A stretch of DNA of 64,000 bases, from NCBI GenBank assembly GCA_000708835.1, contig DF237145.1:86010-150009 (forward strand), written 5' to 3'. The translations under genes and the position numbers were made by a program. Under the pieces are notes generated by a model, which worked only from the letters and a program-made list of their open reading frames with translations, searched no databases and had not been told where the DNA came from. The stretch is from Klebsormidium nitens. Taxonomy: Eukaryota; Plantae; Klebsormidiophyceae. Shown here piece after piece: positions 11,301 through 23,509 of this stretch. How positions within the stretch are numbered: the first letter of the stretch is position 1; the number at the start of each line of letters is the position of its first letter.

Positions 11301-14300
11301 ACAGAACCGGACAGAAGGTATTGCACAGACCAACCAGGGTCCTCACTCCAGACCGCAGTTCAAAACGCCCGCCTCAACTCACCCACTTTCAACCAAAGCC
11401 AAAAAAAGAAACCGACGCTTCTCGAAAACACCAGTTTGCGACTCACGATCATGGAGAGCTTCCCGACGAGTTCTTCCGGGCCCATGGTCGCAGACCACCG
11501 GGTGAAGTTCTTGATGTCCACAAAGAGGATGCTCGCCCGGTGGAAGCTTTCCGCGATTGACGGCGCGCTCCACGGGTGCCGCGACTCGCGCAGGCTGGAG
11601 AAGACGTCCGTCGCGCTCGGGCCGCGCGTCTGCAGCTGCTCGATGACCTTCGCGGGTAAGATGTTCAGAAGCAGGTCCTGAAAAACAAAAAGGGTCTGGA
11701 CCTTTGAGGTCTAGAGTCTATCCCCTTGCTCATTCGTTGTTCCATTGTGAAAGTAGCTAGTTGCTGGGTGCACGGTGCTGTCATAGAGGGACGGGTGCAG
11801 TCGCGCTCGAGCAGGCGTCTGAAGCAGCTTGAGCTTTCGCAGGGCAAACGTTGAGGCGGGCGTCAAAATACCAACATTTCGTAGTTCGAGGGTCTCCCCT
11901 GCCCTCTTCATCACTCATGAAAAGCTATAGCAAGCTTCCACTCAAGACTTCGTCTCCGGCCGCCTCTCCACATGTGACGTCACGCTCACGTCGGCCTTGC
12001 GCTTGCCCTCTGCCAGCTGGCGGTTTGTCTCCTCCATGGACTTGGCGTGCGCCCACCCCTGCAGGTAGTACCGCACCGCGTACCAGCACGCCGCGGCCGC
12101 GCTGCCGCCCACCAGCAGCGCAACTAGAGCGAGGACGTCCTTCCGCTCGTGCCTGCAGCCAAAAAGTAAGATTCCTTGAGTTCTACGTCGTTATTGGCAG
12201 CACGCCGCGGCCACGCTGCCGCCCACCAGCGGCGTAACTAGAGCGAAGACGCAAAACGAAAGAACAGCTCGAAGACGCAGGTGGACGGCAGTTGCAGCGT
12301 TGCACAGCCCCTTTCTAAACGGTAAAGTCGATTGCTCCTCGTCTAGACTAGACTGATTCGCAAGCTTGAGGAAAATGCTACTTCTCACTAGAAAAGAACA
12401 CTCTCGATTTAAACGGTCACGCCACTTCTCACAAAGGGGACCGTCCTCTCTCGCATCAGACGGTCAAGCTACTTCCCGCCACTGGAGGGAGGATCTTGAA
12501 TTAACGCTAACGCTACTTCTCACCAAGGAGGAAAACTGTCGGATCGGACGGTACCGCTGTCTTTTACCAAGGGCATATAATCTTGTTTCAGACGGTCACG
12601 CTACTTCGCGTCAAAGGGAACGCACTTCTTATCAAGGGGGAAAGATATCGAATCGGACGGTAACGCTGTTACTCACCATGGGGGGATGATCTCAAATCGG
12701 ACGGTCAGCGGCTCAAAATACTTGTGATGGACGTCCGCCCCCACGATCTCAACGGACGCACGTCCACACTGATCAAAGGAGAGAGAGAGGCGAGACGGGT
12801 CGGCCCTGCAAATTGAAAGGACCGTTCTTTTAGAGTAAAAGCAGGGGAAATGGCGGAAACAAATTCGCAGAGAAGATATCATTCGCTGAAAACTAGGAGG
12901 CCGCTAGGTTGATGTTGCACGATGGTTGCACGAGCATCTTGATGTGGCCTTTTTGTGGCTCTGTGTTTCTGGTCAGCTTTGCTTGGAGCTAGGTAGAAAC
13001 AAGAAGGGCTCCAAAAGCTGATTTCTCCAGAAAGCACAGCATCGCGAACGACTCCTTACGGCGTTGAAACTCGGATCGTCAGCTGAGCACCTGCAAAGAG
13101 CGATACAAGGCTGACCAAAAGAGAAGGCTACCTAAAAGAGAGGTCTAGCATAGAACGCGCATGCGAAAACAGCTCATCTTTGCCTCCTCAACGAGGGGAC
13201 TTTTCCTGTAATAGTGGTCAAAAAGTTTAAGGAAATGAGAAAACCTCACAGCAAGCTGGAAGGGTTTCTAAGGTTGCGCATTGTCACCTCGGGAAAGGTG
13301 CCCAGGACTTTTCTTCCCGGTCTCCCGGAACCAGAATCCGGTAGGCGTAAGCGGGATTGCAACCGGGCAGTTCGTGGTCCACCGGGCGGATGTCTAGTTC
13401 TACGAGCTGGAGCCTTCGAACTCTCTGGAGAAAGCGTACCCCGGCACTTTTTCAGGCAGCAGAAACTCTCCAGCGGAATGGACGGGTACACTGAACGTGA
13501 ATGTCTGTCGAAGCGTTGAGTCTTGTAGACTACCTCACTGAGAGGAGGTCGCTTCTTCAAACCCTTCCAGAGAAGGCCGTCAGCGCAGGGGAAACCTCTT
13601 TTGAGTGCTTTCCTCGGTACCACAAACATGAATTTCGATGGGTTAAAGTGCTGGACAGATGCATCAAGTGGAGGTCGCCTCTTCACTTCTGTTTCGTCGG
13701 GAATGTCTCGGCACTCCGTGCGCGTATAGCGGAACGGGCGCAAGCACAAACTCGAGCCCTGGCAGAGTTTCTGACCGTTGCGTGACGTCAGCAGAGCTTG
13801 GACGTCTCACCAGGTCCCCTGCTGGGCTGACTCCGTCTTGGCCCGAGGGCTTGAAACGGATGCGGCGGCGCGGAAGAGACCAAGAACTGTCGCGGGGGAA
13901 GCGAACGGCCACTTCAGTTCCCGAAACTTTCAAAGATGCAGACTCGCACGATTCGGCACCAGAAATTTCAAAATTATGCCGAAACGACACCGAGAGCCGT
14001 TTGCGGTGCAGGATATTCGCAAAAGCGCAGGGTTAAGCTCAGAGATCTTCCGCCAAAAACTCCATCTCCCGCTCGCAGTAGTGCCGAGTCCCTCGATGCG
14101 GAAGAGATGCCGAGTCACATAACGGACGGCTTTCCAGATGTCCTCATGCGGGCACCTCTAATTCAACGGACGCTTTCCATCTCTGTAAAATGGGGTGTCT
14201 TTCTGTTTTACGTACAACGAAGCGTCCCACAAAGCCGGTAGAGGTGAATGTCTTTGTCTGAACATCCCTATCGGAACGCTCTCACCTGAGGAACGTAAGG

Positions 14301-17300
14301 CCCCCTGGGCGCCCCAGCACCACTGTCCCGTCGCCCAAATGACCGACCGAGTGGACCACCCGGTTGGATAGGTTCTCCCACCGGTCGTGCTGCTTGAGCG
14401 TGTTCACCCAAACCCGGCCGTCGTACGCCCCGGCGCCCTCGCCGTTGCAGCCCGCCCAGATGATCCCCCGTGAGTTGACGCCCTGGGAAAAAGGGGTGTC
14501 AATAATGTTAAGAGACGACTTTTTCCACTGGTCGTGCTGCTTGAGCCTATTCACCCAAACCCGCCCGTCAAACGCCCCGGCCCTTTCGCCGTTGCAGCCC
14601 GCGCAGGTAACGCCTCGGGAGTTGACGCCCTGGAAAATGGGGGTGTGAGTAATAGATCAAGAAACAATCTTTGTCCCACCGGTCGTGCTGCTTGAGCGTA
14701 ATCACCCACACCCGGCCGTCAAACATCCCGGCGCCTTCGCCGTTGCAGCCCGCCCAGATAACGCCTTGCGGATTGACACCATGGGAGTGAAGGGGCGCGA
14801 AAAAGTGATACGACGACGGCTTTGATGCAATCGCGCTTAGTAAGATCATCAAAGTTGGTCGCCAATGATTCTAAAGTCGCATTCTTAGCCGGCCTAGGTG
14901 ATGCTTCGAAGATTGAATACCTGAAAGAAGGGCGCATCCACCTTCGATACATTCGAGCAAGTAGGCTCCTACGTTCGTGCTCTGAGACCGAAGCATCTTT
15001 TTAAACCACTTTCAACAAAGGCACGACTTCGTCGAGCACGGATCATTCGCCAATCATACAATTTCACCGCACCAGCCGTTGAAATCAACCGACTTTCCAT
15101 GGTAGTAAAGCCCCATTTTTCGCTCGGTTCAAATCCAGTCGCCTTACCAGTGACCGGACGTCGTTCCCCGGGAGGCCGTCCGCAGGCGTAAACGTCCGAA
15201 CCACTGCGCCGCCGTCGATGACCGCGACGCCCATTTGGGTGCCCGCCCACAGCCGTCCGATGTCGTCGTTCACCAGCGCGTGCACGTCCGGGTCAGGCTA
15301 CAGCGGATTCGGAGGCTTCCAAATTCAGACGCGTTGAAGGCTTGTACGGACGTTTGTGAAGAGTGTTCTGGACTCCTTTCAGAGGTGTGTACTGGACGCT
15401 CTTTCTGATCATTGTGCCGGACGCCTTTCAACGTGAATAAGGGACTCTCAGAACGGGCACCGGGTGGTTTGCACCGTGTAGGAGACGTAAAGTTGTTGAC
15501 GGGAGGAACTGAGACTGAGATCTAGGATGTTTGACGCCGGTGACAGATCTTCACGGTTTCGTTATCAAACGCCTTCCTTTGCGAAGACATTCCCTCCTCG
15601 TTGGTGATGAGCAGACACGACTTGAAGTGGTGATGAGCTTGAGTTGGGGAGGTAGCAGGTCATCGAGGCTTTTTGGGCGATGTGGCTTTTTGGGCGGTGT
15701 GACATGAAGGCTTTTCAGCCGCCTTCCCGATGTGGCGCGGAAGTCTGGATTCGCCTTCAAGGCAATCAATGCATCCAAGGAGCGCAGTCCCCTTGTTTGC
15801 TTTCGGTTCGTTTTCTATTTGCCGAGAGGGAGAAGCTCCTCCAGTATCTGAGAACATGCCGATGTCACCTCGCGGCGCAATCTGCTGACGTCTGAATACG
15901 CAGCACTCACCAGCCCGTCTGCGACGGTGATATTCCGGACGGCCGTCGTACCGTCCGGCTGCGGACGGAGCTGGGAGATTCCGCTGTCCGTGCCCACCCA
16001 AATGCAGCCGGCGCGCTTGTCTAAGTAAGAGAACAGATGCCAGACGTCAACTCAACGTCGTTGCTTCTCCTTGACCAAAGCAGTGCTCACCAATCACAAT
16101 CTCCGCGCTGCTAGCCTACTGAGCATCACACGACACTTGCACTGAATCTGAAGCTGACGGACTAATTCCAAACCAAGGCGCTATCAGGTAACTCTATGCT
16201 TCCTGAATCACTGCCCACCGCAAAACCTGGTGTCACGAGGAATATTTTTGATCTGTGCCTTCAATCTAGGGTTCCTGACATGGATCCCAAAGTTCCGTGC
16301 GTTTTTCGTACGGGACGGTGGAGCGATGTTCAGAAGCGGGTTTGAGGAAACCCAAGGAGGATTTTAAGAAATTCTGTAAGTTCACCTTCATGCACAGCCT
16401 GCACGATGTTGTTGACCAGCCCCTGTTCCGTCGTGAACCGCGTCGCGGCGCGGCCGTCCCAGGCGACTACACCGGTCTTGGTGCCGAACCTTAACAAGTA
16501 ACACACGGAAGCTTTAGTCCTGGGCTGGTTGGATCTTCCCTCTGCGCGCTACCTGCTTCCCTAATAGTCCCGAGAAGCTTGAAAACACAAATTAGATGTG
16601 GTCGCTTGCTGAAAACGAGTCTACGTGGTTTTTTGAATTCCGGTCCAGCTAAAATGCACGAAAACCCTCCTGAGAATTCTGTCTTTATCGAGGCCGCTTT
16701 CCGAAGAGGAGACTGTTGGAAAGGCGGCCGACAACTGGATTCGAAAAGGAGCGCTCGAATTGCGCGCACAAGGGAGAAAGCCCTCACCATACGACGCCGT
16801 TCGATGCCGCACAGATGCTCCGGACGGCGTGCCCCCTGATGGCGTCCGAATCTAGAGCGAGGAACTTCCCGTCCTTCACGGAATAGTGGGCGGCCCCTTG
16901 GTCGGTTCCAACCCAGACGGTGCCCTGGAAAAGTTGCGTTTCATGAGTATCTGAGATCGAGATTCCTTATAGAGCGGATTATGTCTCCAGCCTGCCAAAG
17001 AGCAGATTGGTTGGAAATGAAAAAATTGCCTCAGAATTCATTGACAAGCAGTACTTTAGTGGCTTGTCAGTCAAGACAAGCAAGAAACAGACTGGTTCAT
17101 GCCCCATTTGAACGTCCTACGCGCACTATTAACGTCAGACCTTCGAAAAGGAAAGCGGAACCGTCATACGCTCAGCTCGATATTCATAAAAGCAAGACGG
17201 CAAAAGGGGAACTCTCAATGGATCAGCACGTATGCACATGAGGCGACTCGCCGGTCCTATAAAAGCAATTACCAGGGCTCTTGACATCAAATTTTTAAGA

Positions 17301-20300
17301 TGTGGGCAACCCAATCCACTTACACACTTATATGCTCAGATTGTTGTCCCGAAATGGCAGACCGCTGAACAGATTAGCCCACATATTTACCTGAGGTGAC
17401 TCGGTGATACAGTACACAACCTCTCGGGCACTTAACACAAGATTTTGAAAGGTCTTGTCCATCTAGGTAGTCAACCAACACCATTATCTGCTCAATAGGC
17501 TGTGCATAGATTGCCCAAAACGCCGATGAATCAGCCCACAGACATACCTGAGGTGACTCGGTGATACAATAAACCAGTCTCCCGGGCACTTCCTGGCCCA
17601 TACGAAGTACCCGGGAGATCGCCCCGTCCGGACGCACGACGACGACGCCGAACGTCCGGGCGGCCAACCACGTGGCGTCGTTTCTGCTGTCCACGTGGAC
17701 CAACGCGGGGAAAGAACTGTCCGCGAGCCGGAGCGTCCAACTTTCGTACGGGTTCCATGAGAAGAAGCCGCACTCAGTGATCGCAGTGCCTGACAAAAGA
17801 TGAAAGTGGGTTATGGGCTGGTTTGCGTTAACCAGAGGTGCTTGAGCGGCAATCTCCAGTGCCCCAACCAATCTCAAGAGAAACGTTTGGTCAACCGCGA
17901 AGGTGGACAAACCTGGTTTTCGAGTTGCATACGTTCCTCTGCGGATTATATGGGTACAATCGATCTGAGCGACTTCGCTTGAGAGTGCTGATAAGCGTAA
18001 CCTTGGGACGTGCCAACAGTGCGCAGCTCGTGCATCGCGTAACCAAAGGTGGCATACCAATTCCAGACCACGAATCCATTCACAAGAGCTCGTGGAAGCT
18101 CGCTGTTCATGGGGGATCGAGGCAGCCGTTTGATTGAACATGGAAAAAAACGGATCTATTAGAAGGATGCGGTCGCACTTATGCAGCAGGTGGAACATCG
18201 GAAAACTCGCGGCATCAAAGTGATCAAAGTGTCAAACTTGCACCCGTTTGCCCTGCGATCGGCTTAGGTCAGCCGAGCTAGACATCAACGCTCTTACCGA
18301 AGAAGAGCCGTCCTGTAGAGCTGCCCACGATGCTGCTGACCTCTCGCAGCGCTTCCGGCGACTCCTTGAGCCGGACGAAGCCCAGATCGTCGCCGGCAAA
18401 GAATGACACGCCTGCGGACAAGAAGTTACGTGCAAGCATGAGCACAGTGGTGTTCTACTTCAGATTGTTGGGCCATTGGCGGAGATTGACGTGACGTCAC
18501 ACTGGCAGTCTGGAACGACAATTGAAGCGGAGAATACTGAGACACATTCTTCAGAGTGCGGATGCGCGCCACCCGTAGAAGTATCAGGAGTGACAAGCTG
18601 AAGAATCAGAAACTGTAGAGGCGAGGTCAATTACCAGAGTATGCCTGAAGGGCACGACGGCGACGCCCAATCTTTCTATCCTTGCAGTGTCACGATTAGT
18701 CTGTTAACTTCCAGAATTGCCGCAGGCGTCTGCTGGTTGATCGACTTGCGACGAGGGGACTGCCGCGAACGTATACACTCGATTCAAACGGAGATGCCAA
18801 ACCCCACGCGAACGGGTCCGGGTCCTTGATACTCACCTGACTCGCTGCCGGCCCACAGGACCCCGTCCCTGTGCCGCGTCAGTGTGAAAACCCGCTCGCT
18901 CCTCCGCTTCCCCATGTCAAACCACTGCACCTTGCCACGTGGCAAGGCGTCCGCCCCGATGTCAATACGCCCCACGCCACAACTCGTGGCGAGCCAGAGT
19001 GTGGTTTCGCCGGTGTGAAAATCTTCTACGGTGTCGAAGTCCAGAACCTCGACGTCGGACATGCCTTGAGACGCGCCCAACTGACGTATGCTGCCGTCAG
19101 CGGCAATCCTGCGCCACGTGGCGTTGGCTCATCATCAGTCCTTGATGACGTGAAGTCAAGGCAGAGCTATCAATCCTCTCAACAAGTTCGTTAGCAGTTT
19201 TCAACTCCCCAGAACGATGTCAAAAGAAAAACGTACGGACTCTGGGGAATCCTCCTGACACCATGCCTTGAACTGGTATATCGCCACTGGAAAAAGCTTT
19301 CTATTGGACTCCTTCAAGTCAAACACATTGAACGGTAGTTGGGAATAAAACGATCGGAGAGCCGACTTTGCGCCTGTCTTGTCAAATATTCCTCGGACGT
19401 GAGAAAACTCCTCGTTGGGGGGCCAAGCCGCAAAACAGTGTCTTAGCCGGAGTGGGCTGCCCTTTCGATGGAGATCGCGCTCGAAACGAGATGAAGAGCT
19501 TTCTGTAGCAGATTCCTAGCGCGCACTAGATTGCGCTTCGAAATGACAGGGAAAACGGAAAAGCGCTCACCAAGAGAAGCCGCTCCTGTGCCCCACCCAC
19601 GTGTTGCCCGCCGTGTCCGCTTTGATCGCCGTACACGTGGACGGTCGTAAGCCGTCCGATGAGGAGAAGGTCCGCCACGTGCCCAGCAGTGGGTTGTGAC
19701 ACGCAACCCCCTTCTGCAAGGGTCAAACGAGTCAATGAAATTTGTCTTCATTTCGAGTCGAATTTCTTCGGAGCACACGGTACAGAATAGCGTGTGCTTC
19801 TCGAAGGCCTTATCTGAGGATTTTCCACAGCCACCTACTCAAGACGTGGAGCGAAACACAAAATCTGCATATTCAATAACTCAGGGTGCTTCAGAACCGT
19901 CGGCTGTTATGCCAGATGCTCGGCAAAAGCGTACCGCAACCTCTGAAAACAAAGAATATTCAAAGGCACCTCAAATCAGCAGGTCGCGGATCTGCTTTGC
20001 GTTCATGTCAGTACGGTGGAGGGGACAAGGAAGACTCGAAAGCCCTAGAAAAGCTTACTTACCTCAGTGGCGAACCAGACCGTTCCGTCCGTCGGACGTA
20101 CCGACACTGCCTCGACGTTGCTGGACGGAAGACCGTCGTTGACTGTGAAGTGCTGCACAGGCGATGGCGACAGGGCTTGTAACATAGTGAAAACGCGAGA
20201 AGATGTGCGGACGTTGATGATGACAATGCTTACTAAGAGCGCGTCGGCGGGCCGTTGAAGACACACAACTTCGGCGACAAGAGCAGTCACGACACACATT

Positions 20301-23300
20301 GGGCGGCCGAGGCAGGTTTGAAGACGGGATATAACCGTTGATCCCCCCAGGGGTCTGGTGCACAAAAGTATCTGAAAGCTTAGCCTACGCCATCTTTCAA
20401 ACGCGCGTTCCTGGGAATGACAAAAATCGGGCCTAAGAAGGGCGTCAGAAACCGCGCCCTTCCCCGGCGGTCCCTGTGCAGTACTTCCTGCTTTGGTGTC
20501 GCCAATGAATTGCTCACGTGGTGGCCTCATTCGGCGACTAAGACCACGACAAGAGGGCCATCTGGTCGCCGCGCCGTTGCGTATCCCGGGACGTTCGGTT
20601 AGGAGTGGAGAGTCTAGAGAGACCTACCTGGAAGATTGGCGACATTCGGCTGCCGTCTGCGTTCTTTGCGAAGAGCAAGCTCTTGGAAACCTTGACGGCG
20701 CCGAGATCCGTTGCGAGCCAGAGAGCGTCCGGGTCACGTGGGCTGCAGGAAGGTCTCATTAAGCACGTCAGCCATCCATGCAGATTTATCTGCACGATTT
20801 AGATGAGTGTTTAATAAGGTGCCTGAATGACAAAGAGATGGCGTAGCACAACGGATGGTTTCTGCAGCATTTCCTCAGGATTGAGGCGGGACGAACCTGT
20901 GAGAGGCGGAATTAATGTGAAGCTTCTGATTTAAGAAGGCTTCAGTATAAGAGGAGACAGCTTAGACAACCGCACAGCTTGTTTGAGTAGCAGACGCATT
21001 GGAGCGCCAAGGGTATTAATCGTCGCCATCTCTCTTGCTTTGCTGTTTGGAGTGCTCCATCCGCAGCCCAAATTCTTTTCTATGTAGGCTCTATCCATAC
21101 TCGGGACTATTTCATCGTCGTTCCCTTTTCCCCCGTTCCACGCGTTCCAAGTCGTTTCTCAGTTCCGCTGATCCTCGTTACGTCCTCATATGATCGAATG
21201 AAGAGTTTTGGGCGCCCGACGCTATGCTTTTAAGAAGAGAAGGCGAGACGGCCGCTAGCAGTCACGGCCCCTGAGAACCTTTTGTAGGTTTGCTTCTCAT
21301 TCCGTCTCTAGTTGCGTGTCCGTTCAGGCTCCCGCAGAATGACGGAACAAGTAGGACGGATCACGAAGACCGGAAAATAGCGGGCGATCCAGCTGCTCAC
21401 CTGAGCTGGAGATCGTTCACGCGACTGAAAGCGGGGAGGAACGCCTCGCTGGAGCTTCCGTCGAAGACGGCCAGCCCTCCGTCTCGACTGCACAGATTCG
21501 ACGGGCACGGGAACGTCTGGTAAATTACCAGGAGTGATTGCAAGCCAGGACTCCGAGAGTGCTTGATCTGGCAGGACAGGTATGAACTAGATGATCCACA
21601 AAGCCATATTCCTTTGAAGAATTTTTGTCCCCTAGCTTTTGAAACTCAATATAGCCATCGAGAGACACTGTTCTGCACCTGTGATTGGCGTGGATAGATA
21701 TCGAGGACCACGTTCCACAAGTCGCCCACAAGGAAAGGTTTGAGTTGACTGACGATCATTCCATAGAATGAGTACAGACAGTTGTTGCCGGTGAGTGCTG
21801 GATCATCCCTAAAAGGTGGGTATGTACAACTTGCTGCCGGAAAGTCTGCGTGTTGTTAAGGAAGAGGACACCGACGAAGCGGGTAGTTCAACTCACCTGC
21901 CAACCCAGAGCCGTTCCTGGCCGTCGATTCGCAGCACGTTCACCCGGTTGTGCGGTAACCCCTGCGCTGTGCCAACGTCACTCCACTCCCCGACCCGCCA
22001 AGAGCACTCGGGGGTGTCGTTTTCCCCGAGCAACATCCTAACTAGATCGGCCCCCCCGAGAGCAAGTCGGGAATGCAGAGACGTGAGGCCGGGGTGGGCG
22101 ATGGAGGCCTTCGTTCGACGTCCCTTGGAAGGAAGCGGACATGGGTTAAGCTGGGCTAGAATGGGTTAAGGTGGGAGTGGGGGTTTGACAGCGGGACAAC
22201 GGTTGATTGGTGAGAGATTCTGGTATAAAGAAAAGGCTCCCATCAAAAAGGCAATTTTGCAGCATGCGATTCAATGCTTTTCCCTCGCAAGTACGTCTTT
22301 GATCATTCGCAGGTTTGCACCAATTCAATCCTGGTGCCATAAGCTGCTAGCACAGGGTAAAGATTTGTGGGAGCCGAGTCAAGGAGACTGCGTTAGCGTG
22401 ATTTTGGACCAAAGTCACTAATGGGTTCACGACCTGGTGAGGACCTCGTTCCGAAAAGCTAGTCAAGGGTCCGACCAAACGGTCATTCAGAAGTCCCTGA
22501 AATCCTCAAGCCTTGCTACGTCATCACTTTCAGCAGCGTATTCACCTCCAAACATGCGCGTCTCAGAAGCAGAAGGAGCATTTGAAGAACTCACTTCCCA
22601 GGCTGCTGCCGACACTGTTGGCTCTATCGCCGTCGCATGGGCGACGCGCGGTGCTATCAATCCCGCAGCCGCCAATGCGGCGGCCATAAAAATGGAAGAG
22701 AGGATTCGTCCTGCCCAAATTTGAATCAGGGTCAAAGTCGAAGCTCCTGCCGAAGTGCCCCGTTGACTATCAACCGACCCGGAAAACGAGCCCGGTTTGC
22801 CGCCATGCAGTCCTAAAGAGGGGAGTGAGAACTTTGGGAAGCTTGACAGATTGCCCCTGACGTCGCTGGTAGTGGTGCTTGTGAGAGCGACAAGTCTAGT
22901 GCAGAGGACACGAAGAAGTGAAGCGGGCGACGACTTGATGGCCGCTTGAGGCAAGAATGGATCACTGGACCTCTCATTTCCAATTCGGAAGGAGCAAGTA
23001 CAAGAAGAACTATAACCAGCACTGCCAGCTTGCTGTGATAGAGGGGTAATAGTGTGAGTGGATAGCATCCCGTTATCACCCAAAAGGCAACGGATATAGT
23101 TTTGTTGTCCGTAGAAGTATTTCTCTTCTCCGGTATCCACGTGAATGCTCCCCCCATATAAGATGCCCATTCCCCCGCGACGCGCCCATTCTGCTGGTCT
23201 TTGCCGCCGCTTGCGCATCTGATCTTGCAGGGGCACGCCAATGAAGTTTCGCCCTGATTTGAGCCCTCCCCTTCGGCTCCAAAAGCTCCTCCCCTCAGCA

Positions 23301-23509
23301 CAACATGTCCGGGTGCTGTCAATTCTTCTGCAAAGATTGGTCTTTGTTCCCCCCGGGCCAACCGGCCTCCATAACGGGGGGCCCAAACCCCTCCCTGTGA
23401 TGCCCCCCCCGGAGCTGCACTCGCGGCAGACACCGCTTCTTATAGAGGCGGAGCACGCAACAATGCCGGCCGGCCATAAAGCAAGAACAAGAATCTGGGA
23501 GTAGGCCAT
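5390..23509 (-). CDS. Receptor-type adenylyl cyclase-phosphodiesterase fusion: Reg_prop beta-propeller ectodomain, Y_Y_Y-like domain, TM, coiled coil, class III cyclase, class I PDE (about 30 exons)
   Basis: A phase-consistent exon chain was traced from about 22123 to the stop TGA at 5390-5392; one short intron near 13775-13810 is the least certain step. Propeller motifs: GLPHNRVNVLRIDGQERLWVG, GLPSSNVEAVSV, GLVNNIVQAVHE, GLPGNDVRSL. Then AYAYRIL...W and FEIIPPW, TM DVLALVALLVGGSAAAACWYAVRYYL, KRKADDLLLNILP, the cyclase and the PDE. The 5' exon structure is unresolved; a signal-peptide-like start lies at 23509 (MAYSQILVLALWPAGIVACSA), with an alternative near 22690. Confidence 0.85.
8746..11677 (-). 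CDS. Class III nucleotidyl cyclase domain with adenylyl-type specificity residues
   Basis: Exons 11447-11677, 11074-11115, 10766-10782, 10023-10198, 9293-9336 and 8746-8939 give SILFVDIKNFT, GEKIKTIGDGYMAACG, RFGVNTGPVVAGVTG, KFIYDIWGDTVNVASRMETNG and HIKGKG. Both metal-binding Asp, the Lys/Asp ATP-specifying pair and the Asn/Arg pair are present. Confidence 0.92.
11990..22123 (-). CDS. Bacterial hybrid two-component-system-type sensor region (Reg_prop propeller repeats, Y_Y_Y-like domain, TM helix)
   Basis: Repeated blade motifs of the form GLxxNxVxxI...DxxGxLWxGTxxGL across about 13 exons. The PPW-then-hydrophobic-helix junction is typical of Y_Y_Y-to-TM transitions in bacterial sensors. 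Confidence 0.8.
14285..14785 (-). repeat. Triplicated exon 5' portion (one true propeller exon plus two upstream intronic copies, ~147-151 bp period)
   Basis: Three copies of CGGTCGTGCTGCTTGAGC...CCGTTGCAGCCCGC...TTGACGCCCTGG-like sequence. Copy 2 keeps the AG acceptor; copy 3 has AT. Confidence 0.9.

Noticed and set aside
8746-11677. Guanylyl cyclase label
   Set aside because: The specificity positions are Lys and Asp (adenylyl type), not Glu and Cys.
14527-14785. Exon echoes as a separate pseudogene
   Set aside because: The copies are partial, directly adjacent to their source exon and inside the same gene's intron, which fits local duplication better.
22813-23433. 206 aa - strand ORF with a hydrophobic stretch, as a separate membrane protein
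   Set aside because: It overlaps the 340 aa ORF in the unresolved 5' region of the AC-PDE gene and cannot be separated from that gene's first exons without cDNA.
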